Below, one piece after another: positions 32,175 through 50,997 of a stretch of 64,000 nt of DNA. The DNA is from the human T2T-CHM13v2.0 reference genome, Homo sapiens. Location of the stretch: NCBI RefSeq assembly GCF_009914755.1, contig NC_060925.1. One strand, 5' to 3'. The notes below the pieces were generated by a model. That model was not told where the DNA came from, did no database searches, and worked only from the letters and a program-made list of their open reading frames with translations. A program made the translations under genes and the position numbers. Position 1 is the first letter of the stretch, and the number at the start of each line of letters is the position of its first letter.

Positions 32175-33075
32175 CTTTGAAGAACTGCGTGGCAAGTTCT
32201 TATAAAGTTACATACAACTCAGCAATTACAGTCCTAGGTATTTACTCAAGAAAACTGAGGACATATGTCCAGAAAAAGACATGTTTATAGAGGTTCATAG
32301 CTACTTAACTGCATAATACTAAAAGGAAACAACCTAAACATCCATCAGCAGGTGAATGAATAAACAAATTGGGGTATATCCATACCGCGGAAAACATTCA
32401 GCATCAAAAAGGAACAAATTACTAATACATGCAACAACTTGGCTGTTGATTCTCAAAAACATTTTGCTGAGCAAATAGAAGTCAGACACCAAAGAGCACA
32501 TGAACTTCTAGAACAGGCAAAACTAATCTATAGCAACAGAAAGCAGATTAGTAATTGCCTGGGACTGGGGATATGGACTACAGGGAGGCTGAAGAGAATG
32601 AAAGGGGTGGAGATGGATAATAGAAAAATTCTCTGTATCTTGATTGCAGTGGTGATTGCACAGGCATATGTATTCATTAATACTCATCAAAATGTACCTT
32701 TAAATGTGTGCAATTTGCTGGGTGCAGTGGCTCACGCCTGTAATCCCAAAACTTTGGGAGGCCAAGGTGGGAGGGTTGCTTAAACCCAGGAGTTTGGGAC
32801 CAGCCTAGGCAACATAGCAAGACCCCGTCTCTACAAAAAATACAAGAAATAGCCAAGTTTAGTGGTGCACACCTGTAGTACCAGTGACTCAGAAGGCTGA
32901 GGTAGGAGGATCACCTGAGCCTGGGAGGTTGAGGGTGCAGTGAGCCGAGACTGTACCACTGCACTCCAGCCTGTGTAACAGAGCAACACCCTGTCTCAAA
33001 AATAAATATATAAATAAATAAAGTGTACATTTTAATCTATATAAATTATACTTCGATATAAAGTTGATTTTAAAA
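32175..33075 (+). mobile_element. L1M 3' fragment, split by Alu 32717-33022
   Basis: CAGCAATTACAGTCCTAGGTATTTAC..GGAAACAACCTAAACATCCATCAGCAGGTGAATGAATAAACAAATTG..AGGCAAAACTAATCTATAG. Confidence 0.8.
32717..33022 (+). mobile_element. Alu (J family)
   Basis: Dimer inside L1. Confidence 0.95.
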
Positions 33076-33419
33076 GAAAAAAAGAGTATGTAGTACAGAA
33101 CACAGACTCTGGAGCCAGACTGCCAGCTCTATAATTTATTGGCTGTTTAAGAGTTAACTAGTAATGGCATTAATATTCACACTGCATTAATATTTAGATT
33201 ATAGGCAAAGATCTGGAAGTAAGAAATGACATGATAGTATGAGGACTACAAACAGTTTGGTATTTAGGGAACATAAATCAAGAGGAAAGATGTGAAAACA
33301 GATGAGGCCAGAGAGACAGACAGCCGAAGGTTGCAAATCTCTTTGCCCCCACACCTAAGAAAGAGCATCTGACATGCCATGGGTGCCCATTCAAATGTTT
33401 ATTTTCATTGATGAACATC

Positions 33420-34530
<1,111 letters not shown>

Positions 34531-34566
34531 AATGTGCAATGAATATACTATCAATAGTCCACTTGT

Positions 34567-34926
<360 letters not shown>

Positions 34927-35254
34927 TCAATTTGCTGAAACCCATATTAAGTCCCTGCTATGTGCCAGCTACAGTGGCCACAAATAGTAAGACAGAGTGC
35001 CTTGGCCTTAAGCAGCTATACTCCCAGAGTCGAGAGAGAGTGACAGGTGGAGTCAGGATAGAGAGACAGGTACACAGTGAGGTAGCACATTAGAGGGTCC
35101 CCTAGAAGGCTGCCGAGGGAACGGAGGAAACACAAACAAGGGCCATGATCGCCTCTTCATTACCTTGTCCAGTACCTTATCCCTAAGTTATGGTCCTGTT
35201 AGATGTGCATTTCTTCTATTTTAAGTCCCGCTCACATTTATATTTAGTAGGAGG

Positions 35255-35580
35255 CCGCTGTGGTGAGTGGTGTGACTGATTCTCCAGCTGACTGTCCTAA
35301 GCCAATCACTGTAACTCCATTACTCTACCAGGGACTGATTCAAGGATGGGAGGAAAAGCTGAGTCAATTCAGCCAATGATTGCAAAGAGAGACATACTGG
35401 GTGTCTGGGGAAAGAAGCTCTCTCGCTCTTAGCTGAAGCCAGCATTGCCCTTCCTGTTTGAAGGAGCAAACCGATGGCTCCTGACAGCCATTCCTAAGCA
35501 CCAGCACATCCTTCTTCAGCTGAAGATGACCCTATGCCAGTAAAGCAAACAGACAAAACAACCTAAGTATTAAATAAAAT
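35255..35580 (+). mobile_element. Old MLT1-like LTR fragment
   Basis: CTAAGCCAATCA..GACTGATTCAAGGATGGG..CAATTCAGCCAATGA motif typical of MLT1J/K/L. Confidence 0.45.
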
Positions 35581-37964
35581 TAGTCATATTCCCATTTTCT
35601 CCCATCCACTATTAAAAAAAAAAAAAAAAGGCCTGGCCATGCCACCTGATGCCTGTCTCCCCTCCCTGGTCTGGAGGCACCTACAGAGCAGGGGGCCAGG
35701 AGTTCCACGGGTCTCATTTCTTCCCGTCAGAGCCTAGCACTTAGTCAACCACTGCAAGTCACATATTTTGCAAGAACGGAAAAGCGATGAACAGAGAGTT
35801 ATCAATCTGTTGTTACACTCAACCCCAAACATTTTTAAAAGCAGATTTTAACGGAGAAAAAAAATTACCTACAGGCCTTTCCTATTAAAACAGATGAACA
35901 TAGTTGCCTTTATTGATTCAAGAAAAGACCACATTTTACTGACGAAAACTTTCTGTCCCTTGCCCTCTACCTATTCCTGTGGTGCCAACATAGAAAATGT
36001 CCTGGACTTCTAGGGAAGGTAAGCTCCCGGGGTGGGGACGCCGTAGGTGTGATGTAAAGTGCCAGGCATGAGGCTGGCGTTTGATGTTAAGCGCTGTAGC
36101 AACGATCACAACAACAGAACCAGCGGGGCGTGTACAGGCTGGCGGTTACGACATGGAATGGTACTGGTTTCTATTCTCAGCATGTGTCACTGACTTACTG
36201 ACAAGACAGTTAAACATAAAAGGGGTCCATTATCAGTGGTAACTGGGATCAAGTCCTTGGGATAGCAGGAATAAGAAAAATCCAGCAGTAATCCCCAAAC
36301 CTCCTGTTTCTCAAGAGTTTCAATTTCCTGCTCCAAACCTTTTCAAAAACTGCTATTACCAAAGTAAACTGATTTAAGTTGACTGTTACTTCCTTTCCGT
36401 GATGTGACAGCCCCAAAGGATGAGCAGGGAGAGACAGGCCCCCATTATCCTCCACTTCTTAAGGCTTCTTTGTATGCACGCCGCATGAGATAATTCATTA
36501 ACGAAGAAAAAGTTACTGGTTATGATAACACAGTCCCTGGCACACAGTAAGCACTTGGTAAATGTTTACTGAATGACTACAGGAAATATCTGAGTGCTGG
36601 ACAGAGGAACAAAGCCTCAACTCTCCCAGGTTTACTTTTTTAGCCAACCTGTTAACAACAATAATAGTGCATGTCATCAAAGAGCTGGAAAGGAGCTGGC
36701 TTCAGTAAGGCTGCAGTCACTCACTGCTCAGTGAATGAATCGATCCATTCAGTTTCTCTGACCCCCATCCAGAATACAAGGTAGTTATGGCCAGCACAGG
36801 CATAACTCCCAACGGACTTGTTATTAACCACACTGGGTAACTATGAATGGATGCAGAGACACCAGTTCAGTTCAGCTGCAGACTGTCCGGAACATTATCT
36901 TGGTTAATCATCTACTCCAGGGTACCGGCTCTTCAGATCACGCTGAGGTCTGCTTCTCAAAGCCTGACAGGATCAGAACTGTACAACCTCTCACAGTCTT
37001 CTTTATCCCTTCCCCAAGATAACTCGTCATGATCGCTATAGAATAAACCTGAAAGGGTTTACTTACTACCCTAATTACAATTACTCAGGGTGAAGCACTG
37101 GATTCTCCTGCACCATGAAGAACTTTCAAATGTAACCATGCACACCTCCTCTTCCCCTAACTCCACACCCCCGTCAATATTTTGGCTTCATTAACTAGTC
37201 AAAGGAAAAAGAGTTTGCCAAATGGCAAACTCATATTTCACACAGGTATCTCAGCCAAGACAGGAAGGAAACATCAAATCCATAGCCCAGTGTATAAATG
37301 TTCAGCACTGAAATGAATGAAAACGAACAGGACACTTGTGGTTACGCTTTGACTTAAATCCTTAGTTAAAGGGAAACTAAAGCTGATCCAGTTCAGTTTA
37401 TCAACAGGAGAGTTCATAAGGAATTATCATGAGCAAACAGGGGCAGCCACCCCCGAAACTGTAGTTGCCTTAAGCAGAAACGGAGGTGCAAGTGAACTTA
37501 GCTGTGAAAGGGTCCCTCTGGATGGTCACCTCCACAGAAGCAGCAGCTGCTCAAGCCCCAAGGCACACTACTAAAGTTAAGGAGTGAAAGGCTGCTGGGG
37601 TAGAGGAAGACCGAAATTCTTCCAGGAAGGAATTCTAGTTTAAGCCCGTATTACTGTCACTGCAGTTCCAGGACCCTCCCACTGCAGGTCCCTCTCTCCC
37701 AATTCCCTGGCATCTAGTCAGACCAGGAAGAGCAGGTGAGGGACCTCAAGGACTCCTCAATGCAGTGAGTGGGTGTTTGAAGCTTTAAGGCTAAAGCTGA
37801 CTTATACGTACGTGAAGGAGTCCCTCTTTTTCTGACCATCTTCCTGGGCATGTGTCCTGCTGGCAAATCACCAATGCCAGCACTCTCTACCTCCCAACCC
37901 CGCCCCCTCCACCATGACACCTGGGCCATGACCCAAGCAGACATGCAGTAACAAGGCACAGTGT

Positions 37965-38281
37965 GGCTGGGCACGATGGCTCACACCTGTAATCCCAGCA
38001 CTGTGGGAGGGTGAGGTGGGCAGATCACTTGAGGTCAGGAGTTCAAGACCAGCCTGGAGAGCATGGTGAAACCCCGTCTCTTCTAAAAATACAAATATTA
38101 GCCAGGTGTGGTGGCACGCACCTGTAATCCCAGCTACTCATAAGGCTGAGGCACAAGAATCACTTGAACCCAGGAGGCAGAGGTTGCAGTGAGCTGAGAT
38201 TGCCCCACTGCACTCTAGCCTGAGCAACAGAGCGAGACTCGAAGGTCTTCAAAAAAACAAACAAACAAAAAAAAAAAAAAC
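37965..38281 (+). mobile_element. Alu (S family)
   Basis: Dimer; TSD ACAAGGCA..GTGT. Confidence 0.96.
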
Positions 38282-38645
38282 AAGGCATGGTGTGGGGAAG
38301 AGAGCCACAGGATGGCATCAGAAGACCCATGCACTGGCTGTGGTTCTGACAAAGTGACACCAAAGGGCACATATGCTAGAAGGGTCCAGCCATAGAATCA
38401 TAGAACCTGTGAATACCAGAAGCACCCAGAACATAGCAGTCCCCTCAAAGGAAGCTCTGAGATTCAAAGTGTGCTCCAAGATGATGTCCATGGCTCACCA
38501 ATTCCCATGGAGAGTTAAAACTACCAAGGATGCTTTGGACACAAGAAAACAATCACTATGAAAGCAAGGACTCTAAGGGGACAACAAACTCCAAACTCAG
38601 TTGTTCCAGACAAGGGGTTTTTTTTTGTTTTGTTTTATTTTGTTT

Positions 38646-38904
38646 AGAGACAGGATCTTGCTATATTGCCCAGGCTGGAATACAGTGTCTATTCATAGGC
38701 ACAATCCCACTACTGATCAGGATGGGAGTTTCGACCTGCTCCATTTCTGACCTGGCCAGTTCATCTCTCCTTAGGCAATCTGGCAGTCCCCTGGGAGTCC
38801 CCAGGGAAGTCACCACACTGACGCTGAACTTAGTGCAGACACCTGATTGGCATAGTGCACTACAACAGCCCAGAACTCCTGGGCTCAAGTGATTCTCCTG
38901 CCTC
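38646..38904 (-). pseudogene. 7SL (SRP RNA) retropseudogene, 5'-truncated
   Basis: Reverse complement contains the 7SL-specific S domain (GGAGTTCTGGGCTG..TAGTGCACTATGCC..GCACTAAGTTC..GCCTAAGGAG..GGAGCAGGTCGAAACTCCC..CTGATCAGTAGTGGGAT), which Alu lacks; A-rich tail at ~38618-38645; first ~45 nt including the A box missing. Confidence 0.93.
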
Positions 38905-41289
38905 TTGAGTACAGACCCAAATGATCGTTACAGTTTACATAAAGGCAGGGCCTGAAATAAAATTTTCAAAAAGCTAGATCTTTGGTACTCAACACTCTTT
39001 CCATCTAAAACCAGAACTAGAGGCCAGACCTGAGCAATACAAGGCTGTGTTCCAAAAACTGCCAATACTAGTACCATGTTCTTTGCCTCTGTCTTTCTCT
39101 GGCATAACCAAGATCAGCTCAGCCTGGCAGGGTTATGCTTGGTGAAGAGGGATACAGGCAATCGGGACTTGGTGCTCGTCCCCAAGGGCAGAATACTTCC
39201 TGGCTACTTGTGTTTGGTATGTCTTTGTTTTGGTTTAGCCCTGGCAATCTGGCAGGCAGTCGATTTCCAGGGGGAGCTCTGTCCACGGTATGGATGCCCC
39301 AGGCTTGAGGTCCTCATTCATTTTCATAAACAAAGCCCAGTTGCCACAGTGACTGGTGCTGCAAGCAGCTGCTAAATAACAGAGGTCACCCAGAGCTTTC
39401 TCTGGGTTCTACAGTCTGTTCCTAGGCTTCTGTGAACAGTGAGTGGGTCAACGGGAGCTGCAGTCATACCAGCCAGTACTTTATATGGGAGTCTGCCCCC
39501 TGAGGAGAAACTCCCAAGAAAGCTGCCAGATACACACGTGATTTCAGGTGGGGTCCAATACCCCACCCCTGACAGATCTCGGTCTGGGGCACAGGAAGAA
39601 TGAAGGGCATAAGGAGTAGCAACTTCCTCCTTGTGGCTTCAACAGTCCCCAGAGCAGTGAGAGGGCACAGGGTCAGAGCTTGGTGCAAAAGGAATGATCC
39701 TGGAAAAGTGAGTGTGGAGTTGGGCCAGTGCTGCTTCTGCACCCTGTGTGCCGATCAGACGCTTTCTCCCTGTCCCACTTAGGTGGGAAACGGCTCTCAC
39801 CACCCCCATAGCAGGAAGCACAACACGCCTCCCACCCAGTACACACAGGTAAAAACTTCTGGACTGGAGTCCCAAAGGTCTCTTCAAGTTAGAAATCATC
39901 ACCATTGTGTTTCCACCTCCCCAAGGCAAGCCTGTCCAAAGGCCACAAGATCTGCTAGACCTCACAAGCTGGGGCACAACCTGCACCATGCCCACCTGCC
40001 TGGGTTGTTCATTTGTTAAAACCAGTAATAGTTTGTCTTTTACTCTGCAAAGTACAGCTTCTGTCCTCAAGGTAGATCATTTCAGACAAAAACAATTTAA
40101 AAAAAAAAACTGCACTATAAGGCAGGTCCTCTTCGCTCTTGCAAAACCAAGTCACCTTGGCTAGAGCCCAAGGAAGCTGTAAAATAGAAGTGAGCATAAA
40201 CGTCACTTAGTCTTTAGACTCATTCCCATGTTAACATGGAATAATAAACATTCTTCGACCCCAGTGCCAGTTCCAGAAATAAGTGATCATTTAAAACTTA
40301 AGCAAAATTAAGGTTTACCATTTCCCAGAAACATATGCTTCTGTCTTTATCAACCATGAACCAACTAAACCACTACAAGGAAAGGAAAATGGAAATGAAA
40401 GGTCCCTAATTCGCAGTGTAACTCAAAGGTAAACCTGCAGATTTGGGTCAAACACGCAACCAGGACCCAAATGTTTTATACACAGGATTTTTTGTGTTAT
40501 TTCCACCACTGTAGTTTATTACAGGCCAGAAGAAACCTAAACAGTTAAGAAGTTTGTCCTTAGGCAAATAGTTCAATAATTTAGACTTCAAAGACTCCAT
40601 ATTAACCTCTGTTTACACAAAGTAATGTGTTTCCTTTGCCTGCTGAACATCAAAACACGTAACAATTAATTACCTCTATTTTTGAAAACGACGTAAGTCC
40701 TGTGAAATATAATAGCCAACACATTTTAAGCAGAGGGAAAAAAGCATGTTCAAAATCTGCTGCATTCTCTGTAGAGACAAAGTAATAACAAAACATCCAT
40801 GGAATTTAATTAACATAGAAAATTATTTAAAAACAAAAACTTTTCTCCTTAAAATTGTCATTTTTCTTTCTGTATTATCTATTTTTTTCCATGTTGCCTT
40901 ATGAACACAGTGAATCTAATAATAGAGCAGACTGGCTTTTATATCCCTTTACTTAAAAATTCAACAAAGTTAAAATTCCACGTAAAGGTAAAGCTTAGAT
41001 AATTCAAAGTTATGTCATGTTCTAACTAGTCAGCTCTCCTGAGAGCATTCCTAGTCCATCATTAACCAATAATTAATGGCTAATTTCCTAGAAATTAACT
41101 CTATATCCTGTATAGGGAAGTGTAAATGGAAAAACAGCTAGTGGCCCTAAATGAGAGAGAGCTTTGCAAATACTAAGGTCATCTTTGATATACAGAGACA
41201 ATAGATATTCCTTTGAATTTGTACAGGAATTTTAAATTTGCATTTTTTTCCCCATTATATGACCCTCAAAATAACCACATTTGGCTAAT

Positions 41290-41470
41290 AATAACATTAT
41301 TATCTATGGAGTGTTTACTATTGTGCAAGGGTCTCTTCTAAGCATTTGACATGTATTAACATGTTTATTCCTCACAACAACCTTGAGATACACTATTATT
41401 GGCCGCACTTTACAGATGAAAGAACTAAGGTAGAGTGATATTAAGTAACTCACTCAAAGTCATAAAATTA
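41290..41470 (-). mobile_element. MIR
   Basis: TTCCTCACAACAACCTTGAGAT..CACTTTACAGATGAAAGAACTAAGG..TTAAGTAACT..CAAAGTCA. Confidence 0.75.
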
Positions 41471-41594
41471 TTGAATCAAGTGATTAAGCCAAACCAGACA
41501 GCAGGGGGAAGGTAGAACCTAGACTAGAAGGCAGTCCAGCCTCCTGGGTTCCAAAATCGAAGGGAGTTTCTTCTCAGAGAAAACTCTGAATCGG

Positions 41595-42666
<1,072 letters not shown>

Positions 42667-43538
42667 GGAAGAAAACCCTGAATCAAGATATCCCAAGGAA
42701 TATCCCAGTGAGATCTGACCTAAATATATGTCCTAATTCTATGGAAAACTCAAGTACTAACATATTAAAGAAAGAAAGAAACAAAGAAAAAAGGAGGTCC
42801 AGATTTCCTTAATCATCTGCTCAGAATTCTCAATATCATTTTAACTCTACACATATTTTCTACATTGTCCAATATTCTTTGCAAATTACCTAAGAAAATG
42901 TTTAAAGCCTCCAGAAAAAGGAACTATTTGGACATTATATACTGGAATTTTCACTACATTTTTTTCCTACATTGTAATGTTTTCATGGTTTTTTAACAAT
43001 TCATGTTTCTGGCAAACTTGTTCTTTTAACACTCAAAGCTAAACTCATGTAACACATCATGCTGGCTGCAGTTTGAAGCTACTATCCAGCTGGGCTGATT
43101 TTAAAATCCAATTCTGATAGCATGGTGTCTCCCGCCTTCAATAAGAGTTGAAACCTCTCCTTTCTAGAAAATCTTCACATATCAAAAAGACAAAAGATAC
43201 TTTTCTCTTTATGTATTTGAAAATTGCAAATAGTAACAGACGCTGCTGAGATCTCATTTCCTATCCTCTGACAGGTTCCCCTTTGGTTCAGGCCTGAAGA
43301 ATGGGCATGACATATGAGTGTTTATTTTCCTGCACTAAAGTGAAAATCTATCTGCCTTTGAGAGTTCAGAGTTGATCTTTAATTCCATCATTTGAATACC
43401 GAACACCTACTACCTAAAGTGCCAAGTTCTTGTGGCTACTCGAGAAACAGCAGCGAACAAGATAAGCAGTTTCTCCTCTGCTTTCATGGAGCTTCCATTC
43501 TATGCAGGAGGAGAAATAGACAATGAACAAATACGTGA

Positions 43539-43854
<316 letters not shown>

Positions 43855-44421
43855 TGAGATAATTTTTAAGGCACAAAGAAGCTCCTCCTCCAGGAAAGGA
43901 CAAGTATAGCAATGGATGGGGGTGCTTTATGCAAGTGGGGGGCCCAGAGACCCAGCCACTGCCTATCCCCTGTCTGGCTCACAGCCCCATCATAGGCTCA
44001 ATGAGGCAAAAGTGTTCCCAACTAGATCAGGATAGCTCTAACCACAAATCTGAGCCTTGCTTCTTTTACCAACAGGGAGCAAAGTCCTCTGAGCTCCCTC
44101 AACTTTGACACACACCATCCGGCCACTTTTATACAACACTTAAATTGTCCAGAATTCATTTGCTTCACTGTCACCATTCAGATGGGTTATTTGTTAGACA
44201 AAAATTCTATGTAGCTCTACAAGGAAGAAGTAAGGGCTGGGAGAGGAGGTTACAGCCAGATGAACTGTAGCACAACACAAGGAAGAATTTCCCAAGAGTC
44301 AGGGATGTTTTAAATTCAAGTAAAGGTTGGGGGCTTAGTCAACAGGATATTAGAAAGGTAGTTTACATATCAGGCTGAGTTTGACCAGATAATCTCCAAG
44401 GATTCTTAAAATGCCAACACA

Positions 44422-44805
<384 letters not shown>

Positions 44806-44850
44806 TTACTTGAGGATATATGTTGTTAATGAGATAAAAATTCAGATGTC

Positions 44851-45160
<310 letters not shown>

Positions 45161-45229
45161 ATTCAGATGTCATGAAGAAATAACCTAAAACTTAACAATT
45201 GCTAACTAAACAATAATGGAACAACAGAG

Positions 45230-45410
45230 CACTTGAAACACAGTATCTCGTTAGATCTTCAAAACAACCCAGGGAGATGGATATTATCTCCATTTTACAG
45301 AGGAGTACACTGAAGCAAACCGAGGTTACACAGCTACTCAGTGGCAGCCGTGGGATATGCACCCAGGCAGCTGGCTCTTAACGTCTATGCTCTAAAACGC
45401 TGCGCTCCAT
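45230..45410 (-). mobile_element. MIR
   Basis: ATCTTCAAAACAACCCAGGGAGATGGATATTATCTCCATTTTACAGAGGAG..CACAGCTA..GTGGCAG..ACCCAGGCAGCTGGCTC. Confidence 0.75.
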
Positions 45411-46058
45411 TAAGTTCTCCTGCTGGCAGTGAGGAGCATTTTCCTCTTAGATTGGGTTCTATGAATATCCTAAAATAGTACTTAAACCTTTGAAATTTGA
45501 TGAAACTTTTTTATATATAATTATATATTTCTATTGTATTTATAATATATGCTGAGTTAACTTTACTATAGTTTACCAAATTGTAGAAGTTAGTTCAGCT
45601 TCCAAATCTTATTTCCAAGCAGTAGCTTCAAAACACTGGAAGAATCTGGCTCAAAATCAGTTACAACATTTTGCCATGACAGTATAACACATACACGCTG
45701 CATTAGATATTTATATTTCTGCTAAATATCAGAGATGCTCAAGTTGGTGATTATGACAGAGCTGGCCCTCCACTGTGGCAGTTTCCATTACTAAATTCAC
45801 TTTACAAGAATGCAGGATCCTGTTTAACATTTGATTTAAACTGATACTTAACACAACAAGATACTACTGGCTTCCCCTCCCTTTTGTTTCCCCATTTTAA
45901 AAAACTAAGCCATCAAATTGCCTTTCATTTAAACTAAAAAAGAAAAATGTTAGTTCCAAAGTTGGGGATTCTTAATAGATTCTAGCTGGTACATTTTTAA
46001 GTCTGTATTTGTAAATACAGACCTAATAATTTTTTTTAAAACCAAAGAACCAAAATAA

Positions 46059-46408
<350 letters not shown>

Positions 46409-47281
46409 TAAGGATATAATGGATATGCAACCCGAGTCTACTTCAACAGAGACATCAGTGGTATATTTAGAACCCATTAACAAATTTAAATGATTTATGT
46501 AAATACTTACAAATATTCACATAAGTTTACACATATACATTAGAGCAGAAAAATTCTCAGAAATCATGCATTTTTAAATTTGTGATATACATAAATTGAC
46601 AAAAATTTTCAGCAATAATTAAAAATCTTTCCCTTGCTCATTACAGTAAAATCTAATAATCATGAAAACTTCTTTTAAAGGAGCAGTGAAAGAAATAATT
46701 TTACAGGCCCAAAAAGAAAAGTCCCTGGAGTCCCTGCTTCACAAATACTACTGCATTATATCCTTACATATAACCTTCATCTTTAACCTAGCAAATAGCA
46801 TACTCGGGAGATTGCTGCATAATGCCCATGCTGACAATGATAGTGATTTGAAATCATGTAGTTTGGGGTTTAAAGAAACTTGGAGATAGTACAAGGCAAT
46901 CCCCCTCATCTGCCAGCTGAGTACACTGATAATTGAGTGACTTCCCTGCAAGGACCAAGAGTCCTTGGTGGAGTCCTTCATTAAATCTTTATTTGGTCCA
47001 GAAGAAAAGATTCCCCTACTAAGATATCTCTTCTGTATTATTCAGAAAAAAAGCAATTCTGAAACTTTTTGTTGTTAGGATCCCTTTATTGCTTTAAAAT
47101 TACTGAGGACTCCAAAGAGATTTTGTTAATATAAGTCTATTAACATTTTCTGCAATAGAAATTAAAACTGAGGAAATTTTTAAATATTTATTAATTCACT
47201 AAAAACCAACTATAATAAACTGTAACATAAACAGTATCTTTCATGAAAAACAACTACTTTCTAAAACAAAATGTAAGGTGA

Positions 47282-47627
<346 letters not shown>

Positions 47628-47828
47628 GCAAATCTCTTTTCTTGTTAAATTTCAAAGACACATGCACAGCAAATCTCTTTAAATGTCTGGCTTAATACAA
47701 GACCACTGGGTTTTCCCATCTACTTTTGCATTCAATTTTTTGCAATACATTGTTCTGGTTGAAGGATATGAAGAAATCTGGCCTCACACAGATACAGTAT
47801 ATGCAGTTGGAAGTTTCAAATCTTAAGT

Positions 47829-48137
47829 TTTTTTATGTTTGTTTGTTTGTTTTTGAGACAGGGTCTCACTCTGTCACCCAGGCTAGAGTGCAGTGGCATG
47901 AACATGGCTCACTGCAGTCCTGACCTTCCGGGCTCAAGAGATCCTCTCACCTCAGCCTCCTGAGCAGCTGGGACCACAGGCACACACCACCATTCCTGGC
48001 TAATGTTTTAGTTTTTCGTAGAGACACGGTCTCGCTGTGTTGACCAGCCTGGTCTCAAACTCCTGGGCTCAAACAATCTTCCCACCTCACCCCGTGAAAG
48101 TACTGGAATTTACAAGTGTGAGCCACCACACCCAGCC
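47829..48137 (-). mobile_element. Alu (J family) inside Charlie1
   Basis: Dimer; TSD CAAATCTTAAGT. Confidence 0.95.
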
Positions 48138-48294
48138 AAATCTTAAGTCTTTTTATATACTTGTGGTTATTTCTTCTTTACTATTACACCTAAACTCAAC
48201 AAATAATCATTTCTTAAGTTTAGTTGCAAGGTAGCATCTGAATTACATAATAAATTTTTCATACTCCGTAACATTAAAATCCTTTGCTTTCCCC

Positions 48295-48875
48295 AAAATA
48301 CTGCGTAATTTCAAAGTGAAAAATAGTACCTTTACACCAGAGAATTCTGGCAGACATCACTCTAGCCAAGTGACCAAGATTAACGTCACTAGTAATAATT
48401 CCTATCAACATAACATATCCTCGATTTGATGCCCTGAAAAGAGGACATCACCTCTATGGTATTCTTCCAAATGACACATAACCTCAATGTAATCCTGAGA
48501 GAATGTCAGGAAAAAAATTAATTGAGGGACATTCTCCAGTAGTTCCCAAAGCGTCAAGGTCATTGAAAGACCAGGGAACTGTCAGCCTGGAGGAGGCTAA
48601 GGAGACAAGGCGACTAAATGCAATGTGAGATCCTGGGTTGGATTCTGGACCAGAAAAAGAACATTAGTAGAAAAACTGGTGAAATCCTAATAAATATTAT
48701 ACTTTAGTTAATAATATTGTAACAAGATTAATTTCTTAGTTTTGATCATTGTACTTTGGTTATGTAAGATGTCCTCATAAGGTAAAGCTGAGTGATAAGC
48801 CTAAAGAAACGCTGTACTACTTATGCAACCCTTCTGTCAGTCAAAAATTATCTCAAAATAAAAAGTTTTTAAAAA
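48295..48875 (+). mobile_element. L1MC/MD-type 3' fragment inside the Charlie1 fossil
   Basis: TTGAGGGACATTCT..CTAAATGCAATGTGAGATCCTGGGTTGGATTCTGGACCAGAAAAAGAACATTAGT..TTAATTTCTTAGTTTTGATCATTGTAC..CAAAATAAAAAGTT. Confidence 0.8.
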
Positions 48876-48886
48876 TCACTTGCTCT

Positions 48887-49194
<308 letters not shown>

Positions 49195-49239
49195 TCAATT
49201 GTTCTATCTTGTACTCTCAAGATGTGGAATATTTTACCA

Positions 49240-49425
49240 ATGCATGATTTTGTAATATCATGCATGATTTTGTAATATCATGCATGATTTTGTAATATCA
49301 TGCATGATTTTGTAATATCATGCATGATTTTGTAATATCATGCATGATTTTGTAATATCATGCATGATTTTGTAATATCATGCATGATTTTGTAATATCA
49401 TGCATGATTTTGTAATATCATGCAT
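49240..49425. repeat. Minisatellite, 9 perfect copies of TGCATGATTTTGTAATATCA (20 bp) plus a partial copy
   Basis: Counted directly: 49241-49420 is 9 identical units followed by TGCAT. Confidence 0.98.
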
Positions 49426-49652
49426 TGGTCATCTGGAAAATAATGGTTTACTGCCAAATAAGACATATTTCATTATATAATATTTTAAAAATCACATTTG
49501 TTAATATCTCAACTGATTTCATCAGAAAAGTATTTAACCATTGAGAAACTGTCATAATCATGGTAATGGATGTAAGTTTTCCAAAATTTTAACTTGTGTG
49601 AAAAACGAAATTTTATTATTGGCAACAAATACTGTTGTTTTCCTTGAACTAA

Positions 49653-49966
<314 letters not shown>

Positions 49967-50370
49967 CTCACTTTGTTCATTTTCAAAAATGTCTGCCAAA
50001 TACTGAAGTCTGGATAACCATCAGTTGTCTGTCAGTCACTCTTTCACATCAAATGGTGTTCCATGAAAAACAGACCAGATCAGCTCACAACTCAAACAAC
50101 TGCACAGTGCTTTTCCTCAAGAAAATCATTGTACTTTGGAATGCAGAAATGCAACATACGTACCTCCCATTTTACCATATAGAATAAGGAAAAAACATGT
50201 ATCTGAGGGTAACAACACTCTTAAAGGAAAGTGGCAGATGTTTTACTGCAAGTGTGTGCCAGTGAAGTACTGCCTTCATTCCTGCTGAGTCACCAGCAGT
50301 TTTATCCAATATTGCTCTTATACAATTAGAGCAGTGTTAACCCAATCTTGGAATTATTGTAAAAATAGTT

Positions 50371-50997
<627 letters not shown>

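Noticed and set aside
37211-37232. Inverted repeat GAGTTTGCCA-AA-TGGCAAACTC
   Set aside because: A 10-bp-arm palindrome is near chance expectation in 64 kb and has no other support.
49240-49425. CRISPR-like array of palindromic repeats
   Set aside because: No variable spacers, all units identical, no cas genes, and a eukaryotic context; it is a minisatellite.
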